Positions 37,276 to 60,820 of a stretch of 64,000 nucleotides of DNA are shown piece after piece. Under the pieces are notes generated by a model. The model did no database searches. It saw nothing but the letters and a program-made list of their open reading frames with translations, and had not been told where the DNA came from. The first letter of the stretch is position 1, and every line of letters starts with the position of its first letter. The stretch covers positions 5,332,001 to 5,396,000 of the forward strand of contig NC_043020.1 in NCBI RefSeq assembly GCF_006345805.1. Direction: 5' to 3'. This DNA is from Octopus sinensis. Lineage: Eukaryota. Both the position numbers and the translations under genes were made by a program.

Positions 37276-39260
37276 AACATATAATGGGCTTCTTTCAGTT
37301 TCCACCTACAAAATCCAGTCTCAAGACAGGTCAGTCTGTGGCTAAGTATGCATAAGGTGCCATGCAATGTAATTGAACCTGAACTCACAGGATTCGTAAG
37401 TAAACTTAAAGAATAAGGCTTTGAAAGTCTGCGACTGACCTTTTTGGAATTCTCTTCAAGAGTTATTTTCTGTTGCTGACATTCCTTTGTCTTCTTCTCA
37501 AAATGTTTATAAACTTTCTTGACTTGCTGTTTCAAGTCGGTCTCGCGGTTCTTAACAAGAATATCGATATGTTGAACCAATTCTTGTAATTCTTGCTCAC
37601 AGGATCTCATCAAAACGCCATCAACTGGGAGTCTGAAGAGGAACAGAGGTGAAAGGGAGAAACATAAAAAATTGAGTTTACCATATGAAACCCAAATGTA
37701 GAAACCTTATTAATCATGTTTATAATAGTTTATACTAGTTGGAGACATCATCATCATCGTTTAATGTCTGTTTTCCATGCTAGCATGGGTTGGACAATTT
37801 TGACTGAGGACTGGTGAACCAGATGGCTGCACCAGGTTCCAATCTTGATCTGGTAGAGTTTCTACAGTTGGATGCCCTTCCTAATGCCAAACACTCTGAG
37901 AGTATAGTGGGTGCTTTTTATGTGCCACCGGCTCGGGGGCCAGTCAGGCGGTACTGGCACATTCCTAATATTTAATATTTTGCATATTGCGGAAGAATAA
38001 CCAATTTATTTAGGTGGGATGGGGGGCTCTGGAGAGGGTTTCAGAGAGTAGCATCCCTGGCGGTGAGCTGGCAGAATCGATAGCACACCAGGCGAAATGC
38101 TTAATGGTATTTCGTCTGCCGCTACATTCTGAGTTCAAATTCTGCCAAGGTCGACTTTGCCTTTCATCCTTTCAGGCTCGATAAATTAAGTACCAGTTAC
38201 GCACTGGGGTCAATGTAATTGACATAATCCATTTGTCTGTCTTTGTTTGTCCCCTCTGTGTTTAGCCCCTTGTGGGCAGTAAAGAGATAGGTATTTCATC
38301 AATCGTTACGTTCTGAGTTCAATTTCTGCCGAGGTCGACTTTGCCTTTCATCCTTCCGGGGTTGATTAAACAAGTACCAATTATGCAGTGGGGTCGATGT
38401 AATTGACTTAATCTGTTTGTCTGTCCTTGTTTGTCCGCTCTGTGTATAGGCCTTTGTGGGCAGCAAAGAAATGGGAGTAGCATCCCTGCCCTCCTGAGCT
38501 AGTTTTCTACCACATTTCTTAAAAATTGTGGTAGAGGCCTTGGTCTTAGGACCACTCATGTCTAGAAACTGAGGTTGGGAGTAAACAAGGGCATGCTCCC
38601 TGTAGAAAACCCAGCTCCAAAAAAGCCTCATGATAACAAAGGAGAATGGGCCCCAACCAGCCCAACGGTTGGGGTGGGCTGCACCTACTTACCTCAGTTG
38701 CTATGGCATTGAGGTAGATCCAGCCACCCCCATTAACGGAGACAAAACCCAGATTTAAGACACTCGTCTAAAGCACAGTTTTTTCATGAAAAAAGCACCC
38801 ACTACACTCACGGAGTGGTTGGCGTTAGGAAGGGCATTCAGCCGTAGAAACACTGCCAGATCTGACTGGACCTGATGAAGCCTTCCGGCTTCCCAGACCC
38901 CAGTTGAACCGTCCAACCCATGCTAGCATGGAAAACGGACGCTAAATGATGATGATTCCCCAATTTACTATATTGCATCCGTGGAGCCCCAGATTCTATA
39001 TGGACCCTGGTTGAGAACCCCTGATTTAGATGATCTATCATGTGAAGTCTGGCTGCTGACCGGCCAATAACAAACATGTCATGGTTTTAACTTTGTAATT
39101 CGACAGTGCAGGTTCAAGTCTCAGTACGTCTTGGTCTCTTATTATTTATTCAATAAAGTTGTGCAGTTTAAAACAATACAAATGTCCACTAAATGACTTA
39201 CATGTTTTGATTTTCCAAATCTTTCCACAGATTTTGCGGGGATGCATCGTTATCGGTCAT
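27078..39260 (-). CDS. CEP63: CEP63/DEUP1 (CCDC67) family centriolar coiled-coil protein, 545 aa, complete
   Basis: Exons 39202-39260, 37440-37632, 36536-36631, 35835-35978, 35510-35614, 33589-33713, 32395-32533, 31431-31553, 30563-30693, 29051-29136, 28268-28557, 27078-27224 sum to 1638 nt in one frame. N-terminal SCEQELQELVQHIDILV matches the family motif SCEAELQELMKQIDIMV; C-terminal EFLHKEQ...NTEGVIQRY matches the family end. Confidence 0.88.
28268..28557 (-). CDS. CEP63: CEP63 acidic exon ETEDKEEQDGDDDEEEEE...NDSV
   Basis: tcccag / gtaagt, 290 nt, phase 1-0. Confidence 0.85.
29051..29136 (-). CDS. CEP63: CEP63 exon DVDEETAKVEL...EEFYQ
   Basis: ttacag / gtaaga, 86 nt, phase 2-1. Confidence 0.82.
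30309..30537. mobile_element. piggyBac-type MITE family 2
   Basis: TTAA|CCCTTTAG...CTAAAGGG|TTAA; partial copies at 36646-36750 and 13603-13765. Confidence 0.78.
30563..30693 (-). CDS. CEP63: CEP63 exon AEKVVLGKII...WMAQA
   Basis: tgttag / gtgggt, 131 nt, phase 0-2. Confidence 0.82.
31010..31270 (+). mobile_element. RTE LINE 3' fragment nested in family C element
   Basis: RRVQFAGHCCR...LLLWKP...RGRTLSYPD...AMMDRKVWR then (GAT)n. Confidence 0.8.
31431..31553 (-). CDS. CEP63: CEP63 exon NDYEMLETLQNEN...LELLK
   Basis: ttgcag / gtgggt, 123 nt, phase 0-0. Confidence 0.82.
31967..32374 (+). mobile_element. SINE family A, full length
   Basis: Collinear with other copies. Confidence 0.9.
32395..32533 (-). 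CDS. CEP63: CEP63 exon DYGKSDDLLKRA...HQMK
   Basis: tttcag / gttagt, 139 nt, phase 2-0. Confidence 0.85.
33216..33583 (+). mobile_element. SINE family A abutting a CEP63 splice donor
   Basis: Collinear; tail aagtaaaagagta runs into cttac. Confidence 0.9.
33589..33713 (-). CDS. CEP63: CEP63 exon NLEAANESL...QNDDL
   Basis: tttcag / gtaagt, 125 nt, phase 0-2. Confidence 0.85.
33800..34320. mobile_element. MITE with ~41 bp TIRs; left TIR split by a SINE
   Basis: atagagtggttgtatac[SINE]tgtcaacttaacgtgacagtccca ... tgggactgtcacgttaagttgacagtatacaaccactctat; partial copy 57677-57832. Confidence 0.8.
34882..35180 (-). mobile_element. CR1-type LINE 3' end
   Basis: RLRGHSEKL...WNKLP; (ctaa)n tail; same family as 54085-54395. 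Confidence 0.8.
35510..35614 (-). CDS. CEP63: CEP63 exon ECEKQLKAVQ...RKRE
   Basis: ccacag / gtaaaa, 105 nt, phase 0-0. Confidence 0.85.
35835..35978 (-). CDS. CEP63: CEP63 exon AALLRTEHERL...ERLK
   Basis: ttccag / gtaacg, 144 nt, phase 0-0. Confidence 0.87.
36536..36631 (-). CDS. CEP63: CEP63 exon ILALQSQVEWL...LKSK
   Basis: tgacag / gtaaac, 96 nt, phase 0-0. Confidence 0.87.
37125..37159 (-). ncRNA. Degenerate minimal hammerhead motif in pLTR-like fragment (37037-37240)
   Basis: gttt-CTGACAA-a gagc tgt gctc-GAAACGTT-aaac; G8 mutated. Confidence 0.55.
37440..37632 (-). CDS. CEP63: CEP63 exon LPVDGVLMRSCEQELQELVQHIDILV...NSKK
   Basis: cttcag / gtcagt, 193 nt, phase 2-0; family signature motif. 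Confidence 0.92.
38059..38475 (+). mobile_element. Tandem dimer of SINE family B
   Basis: Unit repeats after aaagagataggtatttc (about 38290). Confidence 0.85.
39202..39260 (-). CDS. CEP63: CEP63 first coding exon MTDNDASPQNLWKDLENQN(I)
   Basis: AAACATG start, gtaagt donor, phase 2 fits next exon; acceptor at about 39318. Confidence 0.75.
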
Positions 39261-39679
39261 GTTTGTTGCTTGGCAATCATCGGAGTTCAACTAAAAAATT
39301 CTTCAACTGTTCCAGATCTGATTTTTTTTTTTTTATACATATAGAAAAAAAAAAAAAAAAAAGAAAAAGAAAATTCAAGATATTATTAAGATTCTCAAAG
39401 AAAGAATTTAAAGTAAAGAAAAATAAATGAAGAAAATTTCTGATATTTAACTCAAAAGCAGAAAGACATAAATCTCACAGATAGTTCTTACGTTAACTCT
39501 TTAGGATTATCCCATATATAGGAAATATAGCCAGCACCAATTTTGTTGCGATGTTTTGTATCTGAGACGTCTGATGTAAACAACAATGTTATCGAAGATG
39601 AAAAACAAATCTCGTTGTTTGGCAGAAACTGAAAGAAATTCTTCATTGTGTGTGTGTGTGTGTGTGTTTGTTGTATATA

Positions 39680-39891
39680 CTCTTTACTCTTTTACTTGTT
39701 TCAGTCATTTGACTGCGGCCATGCTGGAGCACCGCCTTTAGTCGAGCAAATCGACCCCGGGACTTATTCTTTTTAAGCCCAGTACTTATTCTATCGGTCT
39801 CTTTTGCCGAACCGCTAAGTGACGGGGACGTAAACACACCAGCATCGGTTGTCAAGCAATGCTAGGGGGACAAACACAGACACACAAACAT

Positions 39892-39934
<43 letters not shown>

Positions 39935-40097
39935 TACGACAGGCTTCTTTCAGTTTCCGTCTACCAAATCCACTCACAAGGCATTGGTCGGCCCGGGGCT
40001 ATAGCAGAAGACACTTGCCCAAGGTGCCACGCAGTGGGACTGAACCCGGAACCATGTGGTTGGTTAGCAAGCTACTTACCACACAGCCACTCCTGCG
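39680..40097 (-). mobile_element. SINE family A, full length
   Basis: Collinear with other copies. Confidence 0.9.
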
Positions 40098-40341
40098 TAT
40101 ATGTGCATGTTCTTTTACAGTTGTCGGTTTGTTTATGTTCCTGCAATTTAGCAATCTGGTGATATCTATCTATCTATCTATCAATCATCATCATTGGTTA
40201 ATGTCTGTTATTCACACTGGCATGGGTTGGGCAGTTTGACCAGAGCTTGTAAACTGAGGGGCTGCATGAACCCTGGTCAAGCCATCCAACCTATACCAGC
40301 ATGGACAACGGACATTAAATGATGTTCATGATGATGATGAT

Positions 40342-41792
40342 ATGTGTGTGTGTGTGTGTACATGTCTCTGTTTGTCCCCTGCTACTGCTTGATAACCGGT
40401 GTTGGTGTGTTTACATCTCCATAGCAGTTCAACAAAAAACAAACAGAATAGTACCATGCTAAAATAACAAAAAAAAAAAACCCAGAAAACAAAACAAAAG
40501 TACTGGGGTTGACTGAATCGACTAAAAACTCTTCAAGGTGTGGTGCCCCAGCATGGGCGCAGTGTAATATTTGAGACAAGTAAGAGAAAAAAACACAAGT
40601 AAAAGAAACAACAAAATAACATGAAAACAAAGGAAAAAAAATGCCACGAGAGATACCTTCGGTAATATTACTCAAAGAAGACAGAGATGTCCAAAGATTG
40701 GTAAGAATTAATTAAGAATCCATCGTTGCAACCATGTTTAATCCATTCCACAGGTAAAAAAAAAATTAATAAAAAGGGGAAAAAAGACAGACACTTAAAA
40801 AGCCCCAGAAATCCTGAATATGATTATTAAAAGCTATTTCTCAACAAACGGCGGTGATAACAGTATCACCTGTGTGTTTTAATTAATACAGTATCATATC
40901 ACCATGGATACAGACTCCACCGCTGTCGCCAGCTCCCTCCCCCCACCTCCAACCACTTCTTCTTCTTCTTCTTCAATTACAACAAGAATGCATTCCCTAA
41001 TTTATTATTAGAGTAAATTTCTGTGTGTGTGTGTGGTTCTTCTGCTTGCTTGTCTGTCTCTGGAAAAACGTGTTCTAACTTGACAAACGACCCGACCCAC
41101 GTCTCGTCTCGTGGAGTGAGTGTGTGCACGGGGGGGGGTGGATGAAGTGGGGATTGTGAATGTGGGTCAGGTGGGTATTGCTTGGTGGTGGGTGGGTGGT
41201 GGTGGAGGTGGAGGAGGAGAAGAATTTAAAGATGTGAGTCTTTTGTTTTATGTTGTCCTATTCTTTCATGATCATTTTTACTTATATATATATGTATATA
41301 TATATATATCGGCGTAGGAGTGGCTGGTGGTAAGTAGCTTGATTACTAACCACGTGGTTCTGGGTTCAGTCCACTGCGTGGCACCTTGGGCAAGTGTTTC
41401 CTATAGTCTCAGGCCGACCAAAGCCTTGTGAGTGGATTTTGTAGATGGAAACTGTTATTCTTTGTAAGCCTATACTTATTCTATTGGTCTCTTTTGCCGA
41501 ACCGCTAAGTAACGGGGACGTAAACACACCAGCATCGGTTGTCAAGCAATGCTAGGGGGACAAACACAGACACACAACATATACACGCACACTTATATAT
41601 ATATATATATTATATAATACATATATACGACAGGCTTCTTTCAGTTTCCGTCTACCATATCCACTCACAAAGCATTGGTTGGCCCGGGGCTATAGCAGAA
41701 GACACTTGCCCAAGATGCCACGCAGTGGTAGTGAACCCGGAACCATGTGGTTGGCTAGCAAGCTACTTACCACACAGCCACTCCTGCGCTTA

Positions 41793-41841
<49 letters not shown>

Positions 41842-43500
41842 AGAGAGAGGAGAGAGAGAGAGAGGTGTAGGAGTGGGTGTGTGGCAAGTAGCTTGCTTAC
41901 CAACCACATGATTCCGGGTTCAGTCCCACTGCGTGGCACCTTGGGCAGTGTCTTCTACTATAGCCTTGGGCCGACCAAAGCCTTGTGAGTGGATTTGGTA
42001 GACAGAAACTGAAAGAAGCCCATCGTATATATGTATGTATATATATATACATATGTGTGTGTGTGTGTACATGTCTCTGTTTGTCCCCTGCTACTGCTTG
42101 ATAACCGGTGTTGGTGTGTTTACATCTCCATAGCAGTTCAACAAAAACAAACAGAATAGTACCATGCTAAAATAACAAAAAAAAAAACCCCCCAGAAAAC
42201 AAAACAAAAGTACTGGGGTTGACTGAATCGACTAAAAACTCTTCAAGGTGTGGTGCCCCAGCATGGGCACAGTGTAATATTTGAGACAAGTAAGAGAAAA
42301 AAACACAAGTAAAAGAAACAACAAAATAACATGAAAACAAAGGAAAAAAAATGCCACGAGAGATACCTTCGGTAATATTACTCAAAGAAGACAGAGATGT
42401 CCAAAGATTGGTAAGAATTAATTAAGAATCCATCGTTGCAACCATGTTTAATCCATTCCACAGGTAAAAAAAAAATTAATAAAAAGGGGAAAAAAGACAG
42501 ACACTTAAAAAGCCCCAGAAATCCTGAATATGATTATTAAAAGCTATTTCTCAACAAACGGCGGTGATAACAGTATCACCTGTGTGTTTTAATTAATACA
42601 GTATCATATCACCATGGATACAGACTCCACCGCTGTCGCCAGCTCCCTCCCCCCACCTCCAACCACTTCTTCTTCAATTACAACAAGAATGCATTCCCTA
42701 ATTTATTATTAGAGTAAATTTCTGTGTGTGTGTGTGTGTGTGTGGTTCTTCTGCTTGCTTGTCTGTCTCTGGAAAAACGTGTTCTAACTTGACAAACGAC
42801 CCGACCCACGTCTCGTCTCGTGGAGCGAGTGTGTGCACGGGGGGGTGGGGTGGATGAAGTGGGGATTGTGAATGTGGGTCAGGTGGGTATTGCTCGGTGG
42901 TGGGTGGGTGGTGGTGGAGGTGGAGGAGGAGAAGAATTTAAAGATGTGAGTCTTTTGTTTTATGTTGTCCTATTCTTTCATGATCATTTTTACTTATATA
43001 TATATGTATATATATATATATCGGCGTAGGAGTGGCTGTGTGGTAAGTAGCTTGATTACTAACCATGTGGTTCTGGGTTCAGTCCCACTGCGTGGCACCT
43101 TGGGCAAGTGTTTCCTATAGTCTCAGGCCGACCAAAGCCTTGTGAGTGGATTTTGTAGATGGAAACTGTTATTCTTTGTAAGCCTAGTACTTATTCTATT
43201 GGTCTCTTTTGCCGAACCGCTAAGTAACGGGGACATAAACACACCAGCATCGGTTGTCAAGCAATGCTAGGGGGACAAACACAGACACACAAACATATAC
43301 ACGAACACTTATATATATATATATATATATACATATATACGACAGGCTTCTTTCAGTTTCCGTCTACCATATCCACTCACAAAGCATTGGTTGGCCCGGG
43401 GCTATAGCAGAAGACACTTGCCCAAGATGCCACGCAGTGGTAGTGAACCCGGAACCATGTGGTTGGCTAGCAAGCTACTTACCACACAGCCACTCCTGCG

Positions 43501-43559
<59 letters not shown>

Positions 43560-43755
43560 GTGTAGGAGTGGGTGTGTGGCAAGTAGCTTGCTTACCAACC
43601 ACATGATTCCGGGTTCAGTCCCACTGCGTGGCACCTTGGGCAGGTGTCTTCTACTATAGCCTTGGGCCGACCAAAGCCTTGTGAGTGGATTTGGTAGACA
43701 GAAACTGAAAGAAGCCCATCGTATATATGTATGTATATATATATACATATGTATG
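40342..43755. repeat. Tandem duplication, ~1.7 kb unit
   Basis: 40342-42052 near-identical to 42053-43755. Confidence 0.92.
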
Positions 43756-43968
43756 TGTGTGTGTATATGTTTGTGTTTGTCCCCCCAACATCGCTTGACA
43801 ACCGATGCTGGTGTGTTTATGCCCCCTGTAACTTAGCAGTTCGGTAAAAGAGATTGATAGAGTAAGTTCTAGGGTTACAAAGAATAAGTCCTGGGGTCGA
43901 TTTGATTCGACTAAAGGCGGAGCTCCAGCATGGCCACAGTCAAATGACTGAAACAAGTAAAAGAGATA
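43558..43968 (+). mobile_element. SINE family A, full length
   Basis: Collinear; head-to-head with minus copy 43168-43500. Confidence 0.9.
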
Positions 43969-44594
43969 TAGAGTCTTTTGCTTAAATCCCAGCAATATTA
44001 AATGTGTTTACCAGAAGAAAGATATCGAAGGATATCAAATTCATCAGAGTGAAAACGAAACGAGGAGGGTATGAGGTGGTTGTGAGAAGTGCTAAAAATA
44101 ACAGCTAAATAGCCCTTGAATCACACAAAAACTTTTCTTCCGGATTTTGCCTAATCGTATGAATTCCCGTGTGTAGAACACAAATTCGCAAAAGTTTTCT
44201 GAAAATTCAAAATTAAAAGAAAAAAAGAAAGAAAATGAATTACGCGGGGTTTAAATACGGTGCTTAAACCAGAATTCTACCACAGGGTGATCCTTCGGTA
44301 TACGTCCTTGAATATGAATTTTTGAAAAAATTTCACCAAAACCTACACATCGTAAAATTACGGAAGAAACGAAGCAAAGAGGCGCCAAAATTTGTAAATT
44401 GACATATACATACACATCTTTCGTCTATTACCTTTTAGCCTGTTGCAGTCATTGGACTGCGGCCAGGCTGGGGCACCGCCTCAAAGGGTGTTTAGTCGAA
44501 CAAATCGCTGCCAGCACTTATTTCCTTTTTTTAAAAGTCTGGCATTTATTTTAATTGGTCTTTTTCGCGGAACTGCTAAGTTACAAGGCAATCC

Positions 44595-44682
44595 TTCGGT
44601 ATAAGTACCGTGAGTGGCTTTCTTTACATTTCCGAAGATAACAGAAACCCTTTTCTCCCACCCCCTAACCCTACCCCCCCCC

Positions 44683-44714
<32 letters not shown>

Positions 44715-44757
44715 TATATAAACACTTTCTTCAAATTATCCGGTACTTATACCGAAG
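44595..44757. mobile_element. Small MITE with 17 bp TIRs
   Basis: cttcggtataagtaccg ... cggtacttataccgaag; internal ccctaaccct and (TA)n. Confidence 0.6.
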
Positions 44758-44816
44758 TTACGCCCAAGAACGTAAACAAACCAACAACGGTAATAGAACA
44801 CACACGTGTGTATATG

Positions 44817-44848
<32 letters not shown>

Positions 44849-45010
44849 ACGAAGGATTTCTTTCGGTTTCTGTTTACCAAATCTACTCCCAAAGCCTTGG
44901 TTGACCCAGGGTTATATAGCAGGAGACCCTTGCCCAAGATGCCACGTAGAGGGAACCGATTCCGAAAGCACAGAAGAAATTTATTATATAAAAAAAAAGA
45001 CAATACTTAC

Positions 45011-45250
45011 AGACAAAGTTCTGTTTTCATTCTTTAATTAAATATATATATATATATATATATATATTAATTAATTAATTAATTAATATTTTCGTGGCTT
45101 CTTCATCAATTCACAGGAATTCGTCTGATTTTTTTTTTTACCAAGAAACAAAACAAAACAAAACTAAACAAAAAATATATTTTGAAGAAAGAAATATTTT
45201 TTTGGAACCAAAATATTTGAAAAAAAATGAAAACAACCAGCTGCCTATAG
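45011..45250 (-). other. Candidate non-coding first exon of CEP63
   Basis: Minus-strand donor gtaagt at 45005-45010, just downstream of the shared ETS promoter. Confidence 0.35.
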
Positions 45251-45300
45251 CGACTTCCGGTTACTAAACGGAAGTTGACTCGTTGCTAAACGGAAGTCCG
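45250..45300. promoter_or_regulatory. Putative bidirectional promoter (ETS/GABP-type motifs) for COMMD2 and CEP63
   Basis: ACTTCCGG 45253-45260 and CTAAACGGAAGT twice (45264-45275, 45286-45297), 130 nt upstream of the COMMD2 ATG. Confidence 0.65.
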
Positions 45301-45429
45301 TGCGTTATTGTCACTATCATCATCATTTGTAGTGGGAGTGACCACTTGCCTTCTACACACCTTTTATACATACATACACGTTTATATATATACATATCTA
45401 TATATATATATATCTATTTATATGAGATA

Positions 45430-57434
<12,005 letters not shown>

Positions 57435-57867
57435 ACATTCTGCTTAATTTATCAACACCTCTGTTTGTCTTGTTGTGTGTATATATGTGTATATATTTAT
57501 GTGTATATATATATACTTTATTTAAAGCAGCAGAAACGGGAAACTCAGAGTAACAGGTTTTTTCTCTTTGAATTTTCTGCTGCTTTAAATAAAGCATATT
57601 ACTCTACCACTGGTATTTGAGTACTCTTTTTTCCACCTTGTTTCACATTTATGTGTTTACTCCGGTATATATATATATAGAATGGTTGTATACAGTCAAT
57701 CTAACGTGAACGTGACAGTAGGGCGGTACACCACTGCTGTTTAGCCCTAGGAAGCATCGACGCCTCCTGATGGCTTTGACACATTTTTCTTGTGACCTTA
57801 TATACATTTACGAAGGGGAGATAAATATCCCCAGGTAAAATAATATGTGACAATTATTCGGTGGCCA

Positions 57868-57930
57868 AGATAAAACTCTGAGTTTCTGATGCCGAGGTGG
57901 AAATCCACAACACCCTCTCTTCGGTTATCT
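57868..57930 (-). ncRNA. Hammerhead-like motif in fold-back element 57835-58035
   Basis: agataa-CCGAAGA-long stem II-GAAACtcagaGTT-ttatct; U4>C. Confidence 0.55.
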
Positions 57931-58108
57931 GGCCATCTGAAAAATGCAAATTCGTGAAGCGTTCCATATTTTTTAAGATCCGAAACTCAGAGTTTTATCT
58001 TCGCTACCGAATAATTGTCACACATTATTTTACAGATAAATTTCCTCTATTTACATAATATTGAGGTCTCTTTCTTTCTTTTGTTATCTTACCGTTTTTA
58101 CCAATATA

Positions 58109-58159
<51 letters not shown>

Positions 58160-58392
58160 ACACACACATGGATCTGTTTCTTCCGATGTTTTTTTTTTTT
58201 GTATCTTGACCAAACACCATTTCATGAAAATTCTTGGAGATGGATATTTAATTCCACAACTGGAACAAAAACAATGAACCATTTTTGCAAAAATTTTTTT
58301 ACAAAGAATATTACAAAACAAAACAAAAAAAACCCCAATAATTCCAAAGCTGTTGCCAAAACATACCATACACCTTCACACAGGTAAGTGTG

Positions 58393-58423
<31 letters not shown>

Positions 58424-58631
58424 ATATGTACATACTTTATGTGTGTTGGTTAAAACAAAATGTAAATTGAAGAATATATATTTAAAAAGAAAAAAATCGT
58501 TTGAGTTTTGTTGTCTGTGCGTCCTAACTTGAGTTTTATTGTTGCTTAAATAATTTAAGATTTTGGGTCTTTTGTTACCAATTTCCTGACATTTCGTGCA
58601 TGTGCTCATCATACTCTCTCTCTCTCTCTCT

Positions 58632-58942
58632 CACTTGTTTCAGTCATTTGCGGCCATGCTGGAGCACCACCTTTAGTTGAGGAAATCGACCTCAGGACTT
58701 ATTCTTTGTAAGCCTAGTACTTATTCTATCGGTCTCTTTTGCTGAACCGCTAAGTGACGTAAACACACCAGCATCGGTTGTCAAGCGATGTTGGGGGTGG
58801 GGGACAAACATAAATATATATATATACGACGGGCTGCTTTTAATTTCTGTCTACCAAATCCACTTACAATGCTTTAGTCGGCCCGAGTCTATAGTAGAAG
58901 ACACTTCCCCAAGGTGCCATGCAGTGGGACTGAACCTGGAAC
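58632..58942 (-). mobile_element. SINE family A, 5'-truncated
   Basis: Collinear with other copies. Confidence 0.85.
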
Positions 58943-60459
58943 TCTTTGAAGTAGGATCCTCTGACTTCAGTGCACTTACTTTAGTGCTCCTCCAGAACTG
59001 GTTTCAGCCGGGTTGGTAGCGAAAGGGGTAATGTATTTCTCAGGGAGATTCAGTGTGACACAGAGTGTGACAAGGCTGGCCCTTTGAATTACTGTTACAA
59101 CTTGTTTTCGCCGACTGAGTGGACTGGAGCAAAGTGAAATAAAGGGTCTTGCTCAAAGCCATAACGGACCACCAGAAATCATAACCTTACGTTCATCAGC
59201 TGAATACCCCAACGGCTAAGCCACTTGACTTCACCTGCACTTAACGAGAAATAAAAACAAGATTTTTTTGATATTGGAAAATATATTCTTTATTGAGGTG
59301 AAATATTTTTTGTTCTTTTTGTTGACATTATACAAGTCTTGATGAAACAAAACATTAAAATATGAAACACATTGGATAACGAGGAGGGTTTTCTCAAATA
59401 GGTATAAGGGCCATGAATTTTTCGATGGATAAATATTCATATTCCTTATTTGGCCCACAATAATTGAAAGTATAAAGTGAACTTTGGTGGTATTTGAACT
59501 CAGAATATAAAGGGATGTATATTGTAAGCTAACTAAAATACTGTAAAGCACTTTGCCCGTTGCTCCACCGATTCTGTGCTACAAAGATATATTTTATTTG
59601 TTTCACTCTTTGGACTGTGGCCATGCTGGGGCACCATCTTGAAATTATTCCTTTTTAAGGCTTGGTACTTATTCTAGTGGTTTTTTTTTGGTGAACGGCT
59701 AAGTTACATGGACATAAACAAACCAACACTAGTTGTCAGGTGGTGGTGGACAAACACAAAGACCTATATGCATACACATATGACAGGCTTCTTTCAGTTT
59801 CCATCTACCAAACTGACTTACAATGCTTTGGTTGGCCTGAGGCCACAGTGGAAGACACTTGCCCAAGCTACCACACAGAGAGATAGAACCCAAAACCCTG
59901 TGGCCAAGAAGCAAACTTCTTACCACACAGCCAAAACACAAAGCTTTGGTTTTATAAGGAATCAAACATGGAAGTCTACGAGGCTGAATGGCAGAAACAA
60001 TAAAAATATTGGATAAATGCATTTAATATTGTCATGTTCTGAGTTCAAATCTCACCAAAGTTGAATTTATCTTTCATCCTTCTGGGGTTCTTTGGTAGAT
60101 TACACCCCATTTACATACTAGTGTCAAGCTAACTGACTTTGCCGTTTTTCTCCAAAACTTGTGGCCAGGAACCAATAACAGAAAGTAGAGAGCAAAGAAA
60201 AGGAAAAAGGTTCTTTGGATTTTATTGTCTCTTTAAAAGATTTGTTTTTTTTTTTGGTGGAGTCTGTTACGTCAGTAGCAGCTGGAAATGTAATTCTTGG
60301 CAAAATTGAGCGAATTCTATGTAGATTATATTTTCAAAATTCAGGGTTTATTGTAATAGAGTAAGGGGGCCAATTTGTTGGTTTGATGAGGAAGCAGGTC
60401 ATCGGAAGGTGATTTAAAAAAAAAAAAAGAAATAAAGCTTCTGTTTCATGTGTGTGAGA

Positions 60460-60499
<40 letters not shown>

Positions 60500-60820
60500 A
60501 GAATTAAAAAAACAAACAAAAAAAAACAACAAAAGACGAAGACAGGTGGTGTAGACAACAAATAAATGCATTAGTATAATGCTCGGGAAGTGAAAAAGTC
60601 TTTAATATTTCGAGCCTAAGCTCTTCCACAGAAAGAAACAAGGGGAGAAAATAAAGAATGTGTAGTGGCTAGCAATCTATATATACATATATATATGCAC
60701 ACACATACATAGAGACATAGATAGATAAACATTTCTTATAGATGTGTGTGTATGTATATTTATATGTATATAATATGCAATTGTGTATGTGTATGTATAT
60801 ATATATGTGTGTGTGTATAT

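Noticed and set aside
39859-40239. Recurring ORFs such as [13 protein letters not shown]...CHAVGLNPEPCGW and LDALPNANHSVSVVGAFY
   Set aside because: Incidental frames of multicopy SINE families A and C.
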